Source: Carcharhinus longimanus | Taxonomy: Eukaryota | NCBI GenBank assembly: GCA_030264375.1 | Contig: JASCQW010000061.1 | Location: forward strand, 69,054,258 to 69,118,257 | Length of the DNA stretch: 64,000 bases | Reading direction: 5' to 3' | Shown here: piece by piece, positions 1-12,165 of the stretch | How positions within the stretch are numbered: position 1 is the stretch's first letter | Layout of the letters: each line of letters begins with the position of its first letter | Made by a program: the position numbers and the translations under genes | The notes under the pieces: model-generated | Databases searched by the model: none | Told to the model about the DNA's origin: nothing | What the model saw: the letters and a program-made list of their open reading frames with translations, nothing else

Positions 1-65
1 GGGGCAGGCTCGAAGGGCTAGATGGCCTACTCCTGCTCCTATTTCTTATGTTCTTATGTTCTTAT
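1..65 (+). mobile_element. CR1-type LINE 3' end with (TTCTTATG)n tail
   Basis: gcaggctcgaagggctagatggcctactcctgctcctatttcttatgttcttatg; the same end recurs at ~10060-10127, ~36870-36920 and reversed at 9283-9356. Confidence 0.75.
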
Positions 66-1348
66 ATGGATAGCTTGTAGGTTCAACTGTTGCTGTCCCG
101 CTGCTGTGAGAGCTGAAATCAGCTAATGCAGGAAATTGAACCAGGGACCTTCCTAGCTGAATGACTCAATTACTCACTCACTTAACCAGCTGAGACAAGA
201 GGGATCATACTCATCATCACTTCCAATTTGCTCTTATTGAGGCAATTTTCAATCCAATTTGCTGAATTGTCTTTAATTCTATGTTCCTTTACCTTCTTTA
301 AAATCCCCAAATTATAAAATACCTGCTGAAATTCTACATATATTTTATTCACCTTACCAATTCATTTAGTTCAAAGAATCCCAGTAGGTTTGTGAGGCCC
401 AACCCTTTTCTTTTAAGGTTCTAGATTAACAGGCCTATAATTCTATTTAAAATCAGCAAATTACATAAAGCATTTAATACACTTGGTTACAGTTTTCACA
501 GTTACAAAATGCTTAAAATGTTAGTTGAAGTCTTGCTGATATTTCCATCTCTGTTTCATTCAGCATTCAAGCAAGTTGATTACTTTGTTTGGATAGCCTA
601 TATTCAATTCTATGCTTCCCTGTTTTTTTGTATATGTTTTTGATTCCTGAGTCAATGTGACTGGTTCTGCATCTTCAAAATAAATAATTAATTTCAGATG
701 CTTGCTTCCAGTTTACATTTCTGCGCTGTAAAAAAATATAATTTGTCACCAGGACAATTAATCACATCCAATTTAAATAAATATATTTCAGCATTTGAAC
801 ATATATTGTATATGTCACTTTTTTCATTCTTTACTTGTCTTAAAGTGCCATCTATTGGTTGTTCTTTTTCATACAAATTATCAATGTACAGCTACAGTCA
901 ATAGATTATTTTGTCGCCTTCAGAATAGTTATTATTAACATTACTTCAGAGGATACCCTACAGGAGGTCTAGTTCAGTTTAACTACCTCAAGTAGAACAA
1001 ACAATCTCCTCTAGGATCAAATCCAACCGAGCATAAATAAATCTAAACTCCTCCTCTTCACCACGAACAGCTACTCATATCCCTCCCGCTTCCACATCAT
1101 CCATCCTCACATCTGATACTAAATGCAAGGAGCTCTTTGTTTCTAAACTCAAGGCAGTCTGCACAGCTGCTTCTGCTTCCCATTTCATTGGCCCTCAGTC
1201 TTCCATGATCTCCTCCCAATTCTTCATAGTGCTGCCCCCAAATCCCTCACTAAAGTAATTTCTTATAGAGCAAAGGCAGCCATCCACCTTGTTGTGTCTG
1301 TACCTCCTCAATGCTAGATAAATCCAAATCTAATTCTCTTGTAGCACC

Positions 1349-1792
1349 ATGGTTTAATTGGCAGCACTCTTGCTTCTGAGTTCAAGCCCCACTCTAGGCC
1401 TTCACTACATAAGAATCAGCACTACCATCCCAACGCAGTACTGAGGGAGCACTGCACTGTTGGAGCTGTTGTCTTTCAGATAATATGTTAAACTCAGGTC
1501 CCATCTTGATACTCAGGTCGATGCAAAAGGCCCTTGTGACATTGTTTTGAGGAGGAGCAAGGGAGTTACCACTGGTGTCCTGGCCAATATTTATCACTCA
1601 ATCAACTTCACAAAAGCAGATATTCTGGCCATTACCACTTTGCTGTTTGTGGGAGCTTGCTGTGTACAAATTGGCTGCTGCATTTCCTACATTACAACAG
1701 AGATAGCGCTTCAAAAAGCATTTCATTGGCTGTAAAGTGCTTTGAGACATCTGTTAGTCATGAAGAGTGGTATAGAAACGCAAGTCTTTTTT
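1349..1792 (+). mobile_element. Deu-domain SINE (SacSINE1/AmnSINE1-like)
   Basis: tRNA-like head, a core with cagtactgagggagcactgcactgt...ggtgtcctggccaatatttatc...gctgtttgtgggagcttgctgtg, and a tail gtaaagtgctttgagacatc...atagaaacgcaagtc. Confidence 0.65.
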
Positions 1793-2159
1793 AAATTAAT
1801 ATTTATCAATTTTCCTTTAAAAGGTGCAATAGTCTCTTTCTCATCCAATCCTTGTGACAAATAATTCTATGCTGTAACAGCATGCTGCCTTAAGTAATAT
1901 TTCCTAATGTCCTTCATTTTCTTAGAAATGATTTTATGTTGATAACACCTCATCACTGACTCCAGCCAAAAGAGTACCCATCACAATCATAATTAAAAAC
2001 CCTGTACTGAATCTCTAGTCTCTCTACACTTGTGGAAATAGTGTATTAACTCGCTCCTCATAACCAACGTTTATCAAGTCTGATATTATCTTGGTAAATC
2101 TGTTGAACAGTTCCTCATCTCTTAACACTCTTAAACTTACTTGTATTCACTGAATCCAG

Positions 2160-2510
2160 CCTCCCATTCATTGACTCTGTTTACACTTCCCGCTGCCTTG
2201 GCAAAGCAGCCAGCATAATTAAGGACCCCATGCACCACGAGCATTTTCTTTTCCGCCCCCTTCCACCAAGAAAGAGATACAAAAGTCTGAGGTCACATAT
2301 CAACTGACTTCTTCCTTGCTGCCATCAGATTTTTGAATGAACCTACTTTGTATTAAGTTAATCTTTCTCTACATCCTAGCTATGACTGTAACGCTACATT
2401 CTGCACTCTCGTTTCTTTCTCCATGTACTGTATGCTTTGTCTGCATAATGTGCAAGAAACAATACTTTTCACTGTACAATACACGTGACAATAATAAATC
2501 AGATCAAATC
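2160..2510 (+). mobile_element. LINE 3' fragment (Rex/Babar-like)
   Basis: Contains gcagccagcataattaaggacccc...ttcttccttgctgccatcaga and the tail aatacttttcactgt...gtgacaataataaatc; a reverse tail copy lies at ~63005-63090. Confidence 0.5.
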
Positions 2511-2776
2511 ATCTTCCAACTCTCTTCCCATTTTTGTGAGCTGCATGTTTCTTCCTGAGGACTTTTCACTATTTGTGCAACTCCCTACTAGCCCCTGAGG
2601 TGCACTATTTCTTAATCTTCTTTAATCTAAGCAACATGCATTCATCCTGACTCATTATTTCATATCAGTCAGCAACAGTCTACGCACGCTGCTACATTTC
2701 TTCCTATCTGAAATTTCAAACACGTCTTCTGAAATCTAAATGCACAGGAATTATGATCTCTATTATAATTTTATTT

Positions 2777-3075
2777 AGAACATAGAACATAGAACATTAC
2801 AGCGCAGAACAGGCCCTGCGGCCCACGATGTTGCGCCGACCAGTAAAACAATGACCCACTAACCTAAACCAATCCCTTTTCGTCCATAAACCTATNNNNN
2901 NNNNNNNNNNNNNNNNNNNNNNNNNNNNNNNNNNNNNNNNNNNNNNNNNNNNNNNNNNNNNNNNNNNNNNNNNNNNNNNNNNNNNNNNNNNNNNNCAGGC
3001 AGGGCATTCCAATCCCTCACCACCCTCTGGGTAAAGAACCTACCCCTGACATCTGTCCTATAACTACCCCCCAAT
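2777..3075 (-). mobile_element. CR1 LINE 3' end (gapped)
   Basis: Remnant 'YRTDVRGRFFTQRVVRDWNALP' (CR1 RT C-terminal motif) plus a tandem tail. Confidence 0.75.
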
Positions 3076-4601
3076 TTAGTTTTTATTTTCTCCCTATTTC
3101 CTCTCTCTCTGATAGTTCAATCTTTATTTGTTTCTCTATTTCTCTTTCTGTGCCCAGTTTGATATTTAATTCACTCACTCGAATTTACACTTCCTTCTTC
3201 GCTCCTGAGCTATTAGTTCCCAATTTTTCTAACTGCTGGTTTAGGAAATGTATAGTTAATTGTCCTGCTGCCCTCATTGTGATGTTACCAGTTCGCAGTA
3301 AAGTTTCAGTAACTTGCCATATATAAAAAATTGAAGGGCTTCAGGGAAAAAGTGGCACTAGGTGAATTGCTCTCACAGTGAGCCTACACACAATTGGCCT
3401 CCTTCTGTGCTATAACCATTCTGTGATGCTACGAAGCTAAACATGCAAGGGCAAGTCGAACTAATGGTGAGCACCATTAGATTCATCCCCTACAGCAAAT
3501 TACCACCCAGTGTTATCTGCTTCCTTTATTACCTCTTTTCTTTAAGCTCTTTAATCTCCTATTTAATCCCCTCCCCCACCCCACACATTCTGTATTTATC
3601 AGTTTATTTTACATAGTTAGCCCAAATTTTATCATCTTCTTTCTTTTCAAATTCAGTTTAGTTTTAATTTTGATTCATTCAAGCAATTCTTCTTTAATGC
3701 CCTATGTCTCCCCATGCAGGAATAAAGTTATCTTGTCTTCATTCAATTTCATATTCAAAATTTCATACTGCTGATCTATCATTGACATTTTGGTCCAATT
3801 AATTTGGGACTGATCCCTTTTTATCTTATTACACTTTGCCCTGACATTCTTACCTTAGACCTTGCATTGTGCTTTTATATTCTTACATTGAACCATTTGC
3901 CATTTTCCAGTTATTATCTTATTCATATGTCAGTTATTTCCCCACTCCATTTCCCAGAACTAAAGCAAACAGTGCTTCTTTCATTGTGCTTTGGAAACAT
4001 ACCTAGGTAGGAAACAGTTCTGGATGGAATTCTAAAAGATGTTCCTGTTTTGACAGCATGCATTAACTTCATTGCAGTTTATCTCAGAATCATTACTAAC
4101 TTAGTCAGCAAAACAAAACATTTCTCATCACCCCATTTTCAAAATTATTTACTTTCCTTTTGCATCACTCTCTCAAATATCTGCAGATCTTCACCACTAT
4201 GATGCCTCTAAACATTTAACTCTTGTAATGCAAGCTAAAATTAGTACATTTCTCCTTCCTATTTCTTGACTGCACATGGATTCTATCTTAACACCATGCC
4301 CCAGAGAATACTTATATTCCAGAACAGAAAACTCAACTGCCACCCTATCCTCTTTTCTTTCCTGCCCTATCTTTCCCAAAAGTAATAGGTTCCAAGTCTT
4401 GCCAAACTTAAGCAATGTTTCTATCACATTTACTAGATCATATCCCTCCATAAGTTTTAATGCCTCTAATTTTCCAACATTGATGTTTTGAATGCTCATA
4501 TATCACTCATTTCTGACTCAAATTGTTTGGTATATTCACAATTATACTTTCCTCTGGATTTTCATTTTATCTTCTAATATACTGCGCTCCTTCAATAAAT
4601 T

Positions 4602-5155
4602 GGCACAGTGGTTAGCAGTGTTGCCTCACAGCATCAGGGACCCAGGTTCAAAATTCACATGGACACAGGGAGAACATGTAGAATCTGCACTATTTGTGTA
4701 GAGTCTACATGTTCTCCCAGCGTCCATGTGGGTTTCCTCCAGGTGCTTCGGTTTCATAGATCATAGAACATTACAGCGCAGTACAGGCCCTTCGGCCCTC
4801 GATGTTGCACCGACCAGTGGAACCAATCTAATGNNNNNNNNNNNNNNNNNNNNNNNNNNNNNNNNNNNNNNNNNNNNNNNNNNNNNNNNNNNNNNNNNNN
4901 NNNNNNNNNNNNNNNNNNNNNNNNNNNNNNNNNTTTGAACACCCTTAAAGTTGGCGAGTCCACAACTGCTGCAGGCAGGGCATTCCACACCCTTACTACC
5001 CTCTGAGTAAGTCTGAAAGATGTGATGGTTCGGTGCATTGCCTTGCTAAATTCTCCCTCAGTGTAACCAAACAGGCATCAGAATGTGCCAATTAGGGGAT
5101 TTTCACAGTAACTTCACTGCAGTGTTAATGTAGGTCTACTTGTGACACTAATAAA
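4602..5155 (+). mobile_element. HE1-like SINE interrupted by a reverse-oriented CR1 3' end (~4756-5010)
   Basis: Head ggcacagtggttagcagtgttgcctcacagc, body gtgggtttcctccaggtgct; the nested CR1 remnant reads 'TQRVVRVWNALP'. Confidence 0.7.
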
Positions 5156-5833
5156 TTTCCAGCAATGGAAGAAGTTTCTTCTGTAAGAATAAAAGCATGA
5201 ATGGTTTACAATTTACATCTCAGAGCATTCCAAGGTGAATCACAATCAATGAAATACTTTTGATGTGTAGTCAACTGTTTAGTAGGCAAATACACTCAAC
5301 TTTCTCCATGCTCTCTGTTCACGTCCATTCCATATGTTTTTGGTTTTGCACCATTCAACTTCATTGAGCTGTCGGGTTGTTGTTATACTTTCTAACCATG
5401 TGTGGTATCTAACAATGAGTCCATGACGAGCCAACACTTCTGTTAGTTAAATAGCCTGCTGGGACAACATTCCATTTGCAGATCAATCTCTGGGAAGTAG
5501 CCATTGTTCATGTATAGTCACAGGCAGTAACGGATATTGCATTATGTGAGGCAGAGCTTCACCCTATCTTCATCTTGATTCTATAGGTGTATCCTTTTAA
5601 CAGGGGCATTGGTTCTTGATCAAGAGTGTGAACCCTGGCCAAGTTTATGCTCCTGAAGTCAGGCACCAAGGCTGACTGCGGTGACTAACAGACTGAAGAT
5701 TGATGGTGGGATCTTCTGTATGACATGATAACCAGTTGATGCTTTTTTCCAACAGTTAAGAATGACTGTAGATTTACTTCTCCCTTCTCCATTTATTTCC
5801 TTTTGCAAGTTGCTGTTCATCTACATGCAGCTG

Positions 5834-6771
5834 TTCAAGCATGGCCTAGCAACCTGAATTAAATAGTAATGTTTTGAACCAGTAGAGGCCAGAGTTTGGC
5901 CTGCACACTTAACTGACATCACTTCTGCTCTATTAAAAATTTCATCGAGCTCCCAGTTTTTCCTACATATTGGAATGCTAAGCAATATCAAATACAAAAC
6001 AGGCAGAGATCTAACATTTCATTCCATTCTCCACACTGTTGCATTCCTTGTTCATTTATTTATGCAGCATAGTAACCTGGCTTGGGTTACTGTCTGTGTG
6101 AAGTTTGCACGTTCTCCTCGTGTCTGCATGGGTTTCCTCCAGGTGCTCCGGTTTCCTCTCACAATCCAAAGATGTGCTGGTTAGGTTGATTGACCATGCT
6201 AAAATTGCCCCTTAGTGTCCTGAGATGTGTAGGTTAGAGGGATTATAGAATCAATCATAGAACCCTACAGCGCAGAAGGAGGCCCTTCGGCCCATCGAGT
6301 CTGCACTGACCACAATCCCACCCAGGCCCTACCCCCCCATCCCTACATATTTTACCCACTAATCCCTCTAACCTACGCATCTCAGGTCACTAAGGGGCAA
6401 TTTTAGCATGGCCAATCAACCTAACCTGCACATCTTTGGACTGTGGGAGGAAACCGGATCACCTGGAGGAAACCCATGCAGACACGAGGAGAATGTGCAA
6501 ACTTCACACAGACAGTAACCCAAGCCAGGTTACTATGCTGCATAAATAAATGAACAAGGAATGTAACAGTGTGAAAAATGGAATGAAATGTTAGATCTCT
6601 GCCTGTTTTGTATCTGATATTGCTTAGCATTCCAATATGTAGGAAAAACCGGGAGCTTGATGAAATTTTCAATAGAGCAGAAGTGATGTCAGTTAGGTGT
6701 GCAGGCCAAACTCTGGCCTCTACTCATTCAAAACATTATGGTTTAATTCGGGTTGCTAGGCCATGTTTGAA
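5834..6771. repeat. Long inverted duplication (arms ~5834-6245 and ~6360-6771, 114-bp spacer)
   Basis: The arms are reverse complements with scattered substitutions. ORFs 5975-6184(+) and 6421-6672(-) translate to the same peptide with 7/69 differences. Confidence 0.92.
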
Positions 6772-8275
6772 GAGTAGCAATTTACAGACATGATTGGATT
6801 TCTTTTGATAGAGTTTTACTGATTTTGTTTATTTGTTATTCGTGGGCAAAAAGAATTGGAGATTGATTACTGGTCACCCCAGTTTTTGAAAGCAACCAAG
6901 ATTTGCATGGGTTCAAACCCCACAGTGCGCTTTCTGCAATCCTGCAGCATGTTTCACGCCACTCCACCAGCGGGTGGCCGGGGAGATCGGAACTTGGAAA
7001 CTCACTGGTGCTTTCCAGATTCTGAGTGTGCTGCTATCCTGCAGACAGAGGGGCTGGGCTCTAAATCACCCTCTATTATCCCTTTCCCAATAGGAGGAGA
7101 CTTCAGGTTCCTCTTAACATCACCACCAGCACCCTACATCACCCTCCAGTGAAGAATTTCCCCAAGTCACATTGTTTGTATAGTTAGGTATTTGCATACT
7201 TCTGCATGCAAGTGGCATTTATGAACAGTGAGCTACCAATTTATTAATGTGCAGCTGAAGGAGATCATAGAGGTCAATGGCCTTTCCCCAGTAATAATTA
7301 TGATGCCTTAGTTTTAAGGCATTCCACATTGCATGGATTATTTGACCTTGAAACAAAAACATGGAATTAGGTTCTAGAAAATCTGGCTTAACCCTTCAGC
7401 TGCTAAACGCGATAAAAATAGGATGTTTTTATCAACGTGCCATCATCAGGTTCTCCATAGGGATCATGTAAATTTGCATACCTTGCTAAAGACCCACATA
7501 TCATCTGCTGGATGCTGTGTAATCCTGTTATACAACAAGAAATCAACATGGATTATCCAAGTGAATGGAAGAACTGACCATCAAGGCACAACTTGCAGGG
7601 GACTAAGAATACCACCAGTGGCCCACTTTCTGCCAATTGTGAAAGTTATTTGACAGACTGTCTTTGAGGAGGCTCATAATGACCTCATCCACTCCTCTCT
7701 CCATCTTCAATATACTTCCCACAGAGCTGCCAAGTCCTGACACTTTGGTCATCTGGTGATATAGTTTCCAAAAACAAATCTGTGGGAAAGGTACATATTA
7801 AGTACCATCTAATATTATTCCTCTAAATGTGATCCATGTACCTTGCTAGCAAGTTAACTGTGCTAACCATTCTTGCATGTGACTGGTGTGCTCTATTAAT
7901 GATCTAATCTTCTTCTATATGTTTTTTCAGTGGCTGGAGGACAGAAAGTAAATGGCTGCTATATTCTGAGAGGTTCCAGAGACAGAGATTGGCGATAAAC
8001 TCTCTACGTAGGGTTCTGAAATTGTCTAGATGCAAGGTGCACCATTTTTTCAGCTGCAGGATAAGCTGACCCTGCCCACATTCCCACATTTGTGGAGTTA
8101 TTGGACGACAGTTGTGGAAAGGTACAAACATGTTGTCATCCTGTAAGTATATTGTCAACAGCCCATCCCATATATGTGTGGCTTGGGGACTGTGCCAGTG
8201 TGTCTTCTGATTTACACAAGAGTCCTAATAAGTGTTACGATTAGTAAAAACAAGAGCAATGTCTGTCCCAGAAGA

Positions 8276-8557
8276 AAGTCTGACAACACTAGGTTTTAGT
8301 CCAACCGATTTATTTGATAGTAAACTCACAAGCTTTCGAGGTTCCCCTCTTCGTCAGGTGAATGGAGAGTTCTGGCCTCAGNNNNNNNNNNNNNNNNNNN
8401 NNNNNNNNNNNNNNNNNNNNNNNNNNNNNNNNNNNNNNNNNNNNNNNNNNNNNNNNNNNNNNNNNNNNNNNNNNNNNNNNNTCAGTTGGACTAAAACCTG
8501 GTGTTGTCAGACTTTTTACTGTGTTTACCCCAGTCCAACGCTGGCATATCCACATCA
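8276..8557. mobile_element. Short Penelope-derived inverted-repeat element with 12-bp TSD (TGTCCCAGAAGA); spans an N gap
   Basis: Inverted arms aagtctgacaacactaggttttagtccaac / gttggactaaaacctggtgttgtcagactt. The TSD is at 8264-8275 and 8558-8569. Confidence 0.7.
8325..8362 (-). ncRNA. Minimal type I hammerhead ribozyme motif (Penelope-type)
   Basis: Minus strand TTCAC-CTGACGA-A-GAGG-GGAA-CCTC-GAAA-GC-T-T-GTGAG: CUGANGA and GAAA cores, a 4-bp stem II with GNRA loop, a 5-bp stem I, and a 1-bp stem III with palindromic AGCT. Confidence 0.7.
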
Positions 8558-9282
8558 TGTCCCAGAAGAGACAATGAACCAAAATCTAACCATGCATAAA
8601 AGAGGCAAAGTAGTGCTTTGGTATCTTTTCAGATATCTCTGGTACTTACCATGTGTTCCATGCATGGATTACAGGTATCTTGTTCATTAACACAACACAC
8701 ATGTAAGTTGTGGATTCTTTCACAATTCTTTCACCATACAAGCCAGATATGGAAGGCTTGTCAAAGACTTTAGTGATTGGTGAGGCTCTGAATGTCATCT
8801 GCTATAAAGGTCCCTGGAGATCTTGATCCATCTCCTCATTAGCTAAGGAAATAAGTGAGCTGATTTCAATTTCAGCTTTCTACTTCTCCTGTGTTACCAC
8901 TGTCTGCTCCTGCTCATGCATGTGGAGTATCATTCAGTGCACTCTCCTCATTATCCATATCCTCAGGCTGATGTACCTGTACGACCACTTTAAAGATTTA
9001 GATAGTGGAACACAAGTTGCTGTTAATTGCAGGATCTTTCTAGGTCACTGGTCCTTGACTTGGCTTTGTGTGGAATTCGTAGAAATATTTATGTCATATA
9101 TCCAGCCCATCATGTCCACGCAGCTAAGAGTTAAATCAGTTGAATCCCACCTTCCAGCAGCTTTGTATTACTGCATCTCAAGTACATATCTGAATTTGAC
9201 AAGAATTTCTGCCTCCACCACTCTCTTCAGGTGCTCCAGATCCCCATCATTGTGATGATAAAACCACCCAACTCCTTTTTAA

Positions 9283-10460
9283 GAACATAAGAAATAGGAG
9301 CAGGAGTAGGCCATTCAGCCCTTCGAGCCTGCCCCGCCATTCAATAAGATCATGGCNNNNNNNNNNNNNNNNNNNNNNNNNNNNNNNNNNNNNNNNNNNN
9401 NNNNNNNNNNNNNNNNNNNNNNNNNNNNNNNNNNNNNNNNNNNNNNNNNNNNNNNNNNNNNNNNNNNNNNNNNNNNNNNNNNNNNNNNNNNNNNNNNNNN
9501 NNNNNNNNNNNNNNNNNNNNNNNNNNNNNNNNNNNNNNNNNNNNNNNNNNNNNNNNNNNNNNNNNNNNNNNNNNNNNNNNNNNNNNNNNNNNNNNNNNNN
9601 NNNNNNNNNNNNNNNNNNNNNNNNNNNNNNNNNNNNNNNNNNNNNNNNNNNNNNNNNNNNNNNNNNNNNNNNNNNNNNNNNNNNNNNNNNNNNNNNNNNN
9701 NNNNNNNNNNNNNNNNNNNNNNNNNNNNNNNNNNNNNNNNNNNNNNNNNNNNNNNNNNNNNNNNNNNNNNNNNNNNNNNNNNNNNNNNNNNNNNNNNNNN
9801 NNNNNNNNNNNNNNNNNNNNNNNNNNNNNNNNNNNNNNNNNNNNNNNNNNNNNNNNNNNNNNNNNNNNNNNNNNNNNNNNNNNNNNNNNNNNNNNNNNNN
9901 NNNNNNNNNNNNNNNNNNNNNNNNNNNNNNNNNNNNNNNNNNNNNNNNNNNNNNNNNNNNNNNNNNNNNNNNNNNNNNNNNNNNNNNNNNNNNNNNNNNN
10001 NNNNNNNNNNNNNNNNNNNNNNNNNNNNNNNNNNNNNNNNNNNNNNNNNNNNNNNNTTATTGAATGGCGGGGCAGGCTCGAAGGGCTAGATGGCCTACTC
10101 CTGCTCCTATTTCTTATGTTCTTATGTTATCAGCAAATTTCGTTACCCTAGACTCAGCTCCCTCCTCCAGACCTTACTGATAGAAGGCAGTTCCTTAGGG
10201 ATCTGTAGACATGCATACCAAGGTCTCTTTGTTCCTCAACACTCCTCAAATTGTTATTATTTAATGTGTATTCCCTTGTCTTATTTGTCCTCCCCAAGTG
10301 CATTACCTCACTTCTCCAGGTGGATTCTATTTGACACTTTTCTTTCCAGCACGATAGCTTCCTAAAGTCTACAGTTTTCTTCCTCACTATCAACCACTTT
10401 GTTAATTTTCATATTATCTGAAAACTTCTTAACCATGTCTCCTATATTCAGGCCCATAAG
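9283..10460. mobile_element. CR1 cluster: inverted 3' ends flanking a 700-nt gap, plus a minus-strand RT fragment
   Basis: CR1 tails point outward at 9283-9356 and 10057-10127; 'EVMHLGRTNKTREYTLN...VEEQRDLG' is CR1 RT. Confidence 0.7.
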
Positions 10461-10689
10461 AGCAAAAGAATATCAGAAATAGAGGCAGGTAATTCAGTCC
10501 AGAGTCTGCTCTTCAAGCCATATTTCAGTAATAGCAATTATATCATACTTCCAACTGTCCATCACTATCCTCAGCTCACCTGCCTTATTCGCTAGGCTTC
10601 TCATGATGGAACAAATATTACTGAGTTTCTCCTTTATCTAGTTTCCACCTTTTATTTGCTCAATGTTCTGCATTCACTGTCATATATTC

Positions 10690-12165
10690 ATAATACTCTG
10701 ACTGTCCCCTCTTCTACGCTGAACAATATGTACTTTGCAAAGTACTTTGCTTTATCCCATTACATACCCACTTGTATGAATTTGGTCCTAACTATGCCAG
10801 TTTTATAGGATATGGGGAACATTCTTTGTTCCAGCGGACCTCTCCCGTCAATGGCTTGTCTGTCACATTGATGATTGTATTGGTGCCATTTCCTGCTCTT
10901 GCCCCAAATTGGAAAACTTCAACTTTGTTTCTAATTTCCCCCTGCTCTTACTTTCACATGGTTTTTTGCTCACTCCTACTTTCCCTTTCTTGACTTTTCT
11001 ATTTGCATTTCCGGCAATGGGCTACAAATTTAATATTCATTCTATGCCCATTGAGTCCCATGACTATCTCAACTACATTNNNNNNNNNNTGGCTTACATT
11101 CTAAACCCTGTAAGGACTCAATTACTGCTTGTCTCTCACATCCATTCTATAGGTGCTACTTTCAATACTGAGCTTTTTTTTGCAACTAGGACTCCACTAA
11201 CACGCACCCCCCCCCCCCCCCCCTTCACTGTTGACAGGGCCCGTGACAACATCTCCTGCATTCTTGCTCTCACCCTCCCAGAATCATCATAGGATTCCCC
11301 TCATCATCACCTTCTTCACCCCACCACCTTCTGCGTTCAATGGATGCATGTGAAACTACCACAGACATATCGTCCCTCCCCTTTCAGCATTCTGTTGGGA
11401 CTGTTCCTTCCATCATACCCTGGTCCCTTTCCTGTGGCACCTTTCCATTCAAATGCAGGAGATCCAATATCTGCCCTTTTACCCCTTCTCTTCTCACCTT
11501 TCAGGGCCCCAAGCACACCTTCCAGGTGAGGCAGCAATTTATGTTCATATCTTTCAAATTTAGTCCACTGTATTCACTGCTCACAACATGGTGTTCTCAT
11601 TGGGGAGACCAAATACAGATTGGATGACCACTTTGTGGAACAAATCCTTTCAGTCTTCAAACATGACTCTGAGCTTTCAGTGGCCTATCTTTTCAATTCT
11701 TCATCTTGGTCTCATGTATCATTCCTGTTCTTGGTCTGCTGCACTGTTCCAGTGAAGCTCCAATGCAAGCTTCAGAAATAATACTTCATTTTTTGATCAG
11801 GCACTTTACAACCTTCTAAACTTGACATTGAGTTCAACAATTTCAGACTGTTTTCCATTTTGTTTCCTTTTTGATTTTTGGACAGGAACACACTTGCTCT
11901 AGGTAAAACTTTCATTTCTTATCTTATCATCATTCCCTTTGGCCCTGTAAGACCAACGCTTCTGTCATTCAATCTCTTGTCTTCCACCTTATCATAGATC
12001 TTCCTCTTGTTCTTATCCCATCCACCCCTTGCTCAAAACCTATTACATCTCTAACATTCCCCAGTTTTGATGAAAGATCACAGACTAGCAATGTTAAATC
12101 TATTTCTCTCTACAGATGCTGCCTGACTTGCCAAACATATCCAGCATTTTCTGTTTTAATTACTT
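10690..12165 (+). mobile_element. Degenerate Penelope-like retroelement (RT C-terminus, GIY-YIG endonuclease remnant and terminal repeat)
   Basis: ORF remnant 'GTFPFKCRRSNICPFTPSLLTFQGPKHTFQVRQQF...' is typical of the Penelope Cys-linker/GIY-YIG region. It ends in tgatgaaagatcacagact...cagatgctgcctgac...ccagcattttctgtttt, shared with the palindromic elements. Confidence 0.75.

Noticed and set aside
5975-6672. Pair of near-identical 69/83-aa ORFs on opposite strands suggesting a duplicated small gene
   Set aside because: Half of each is HE1 SINE sequence, and the identity is explained by the inverted duplication.
9352-10089. 245-aa ORF and other long X-rich ORFs (e.g. 14401-15005, 8232-8690)
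   Set aside because: These are artefacts of translating N gaps.
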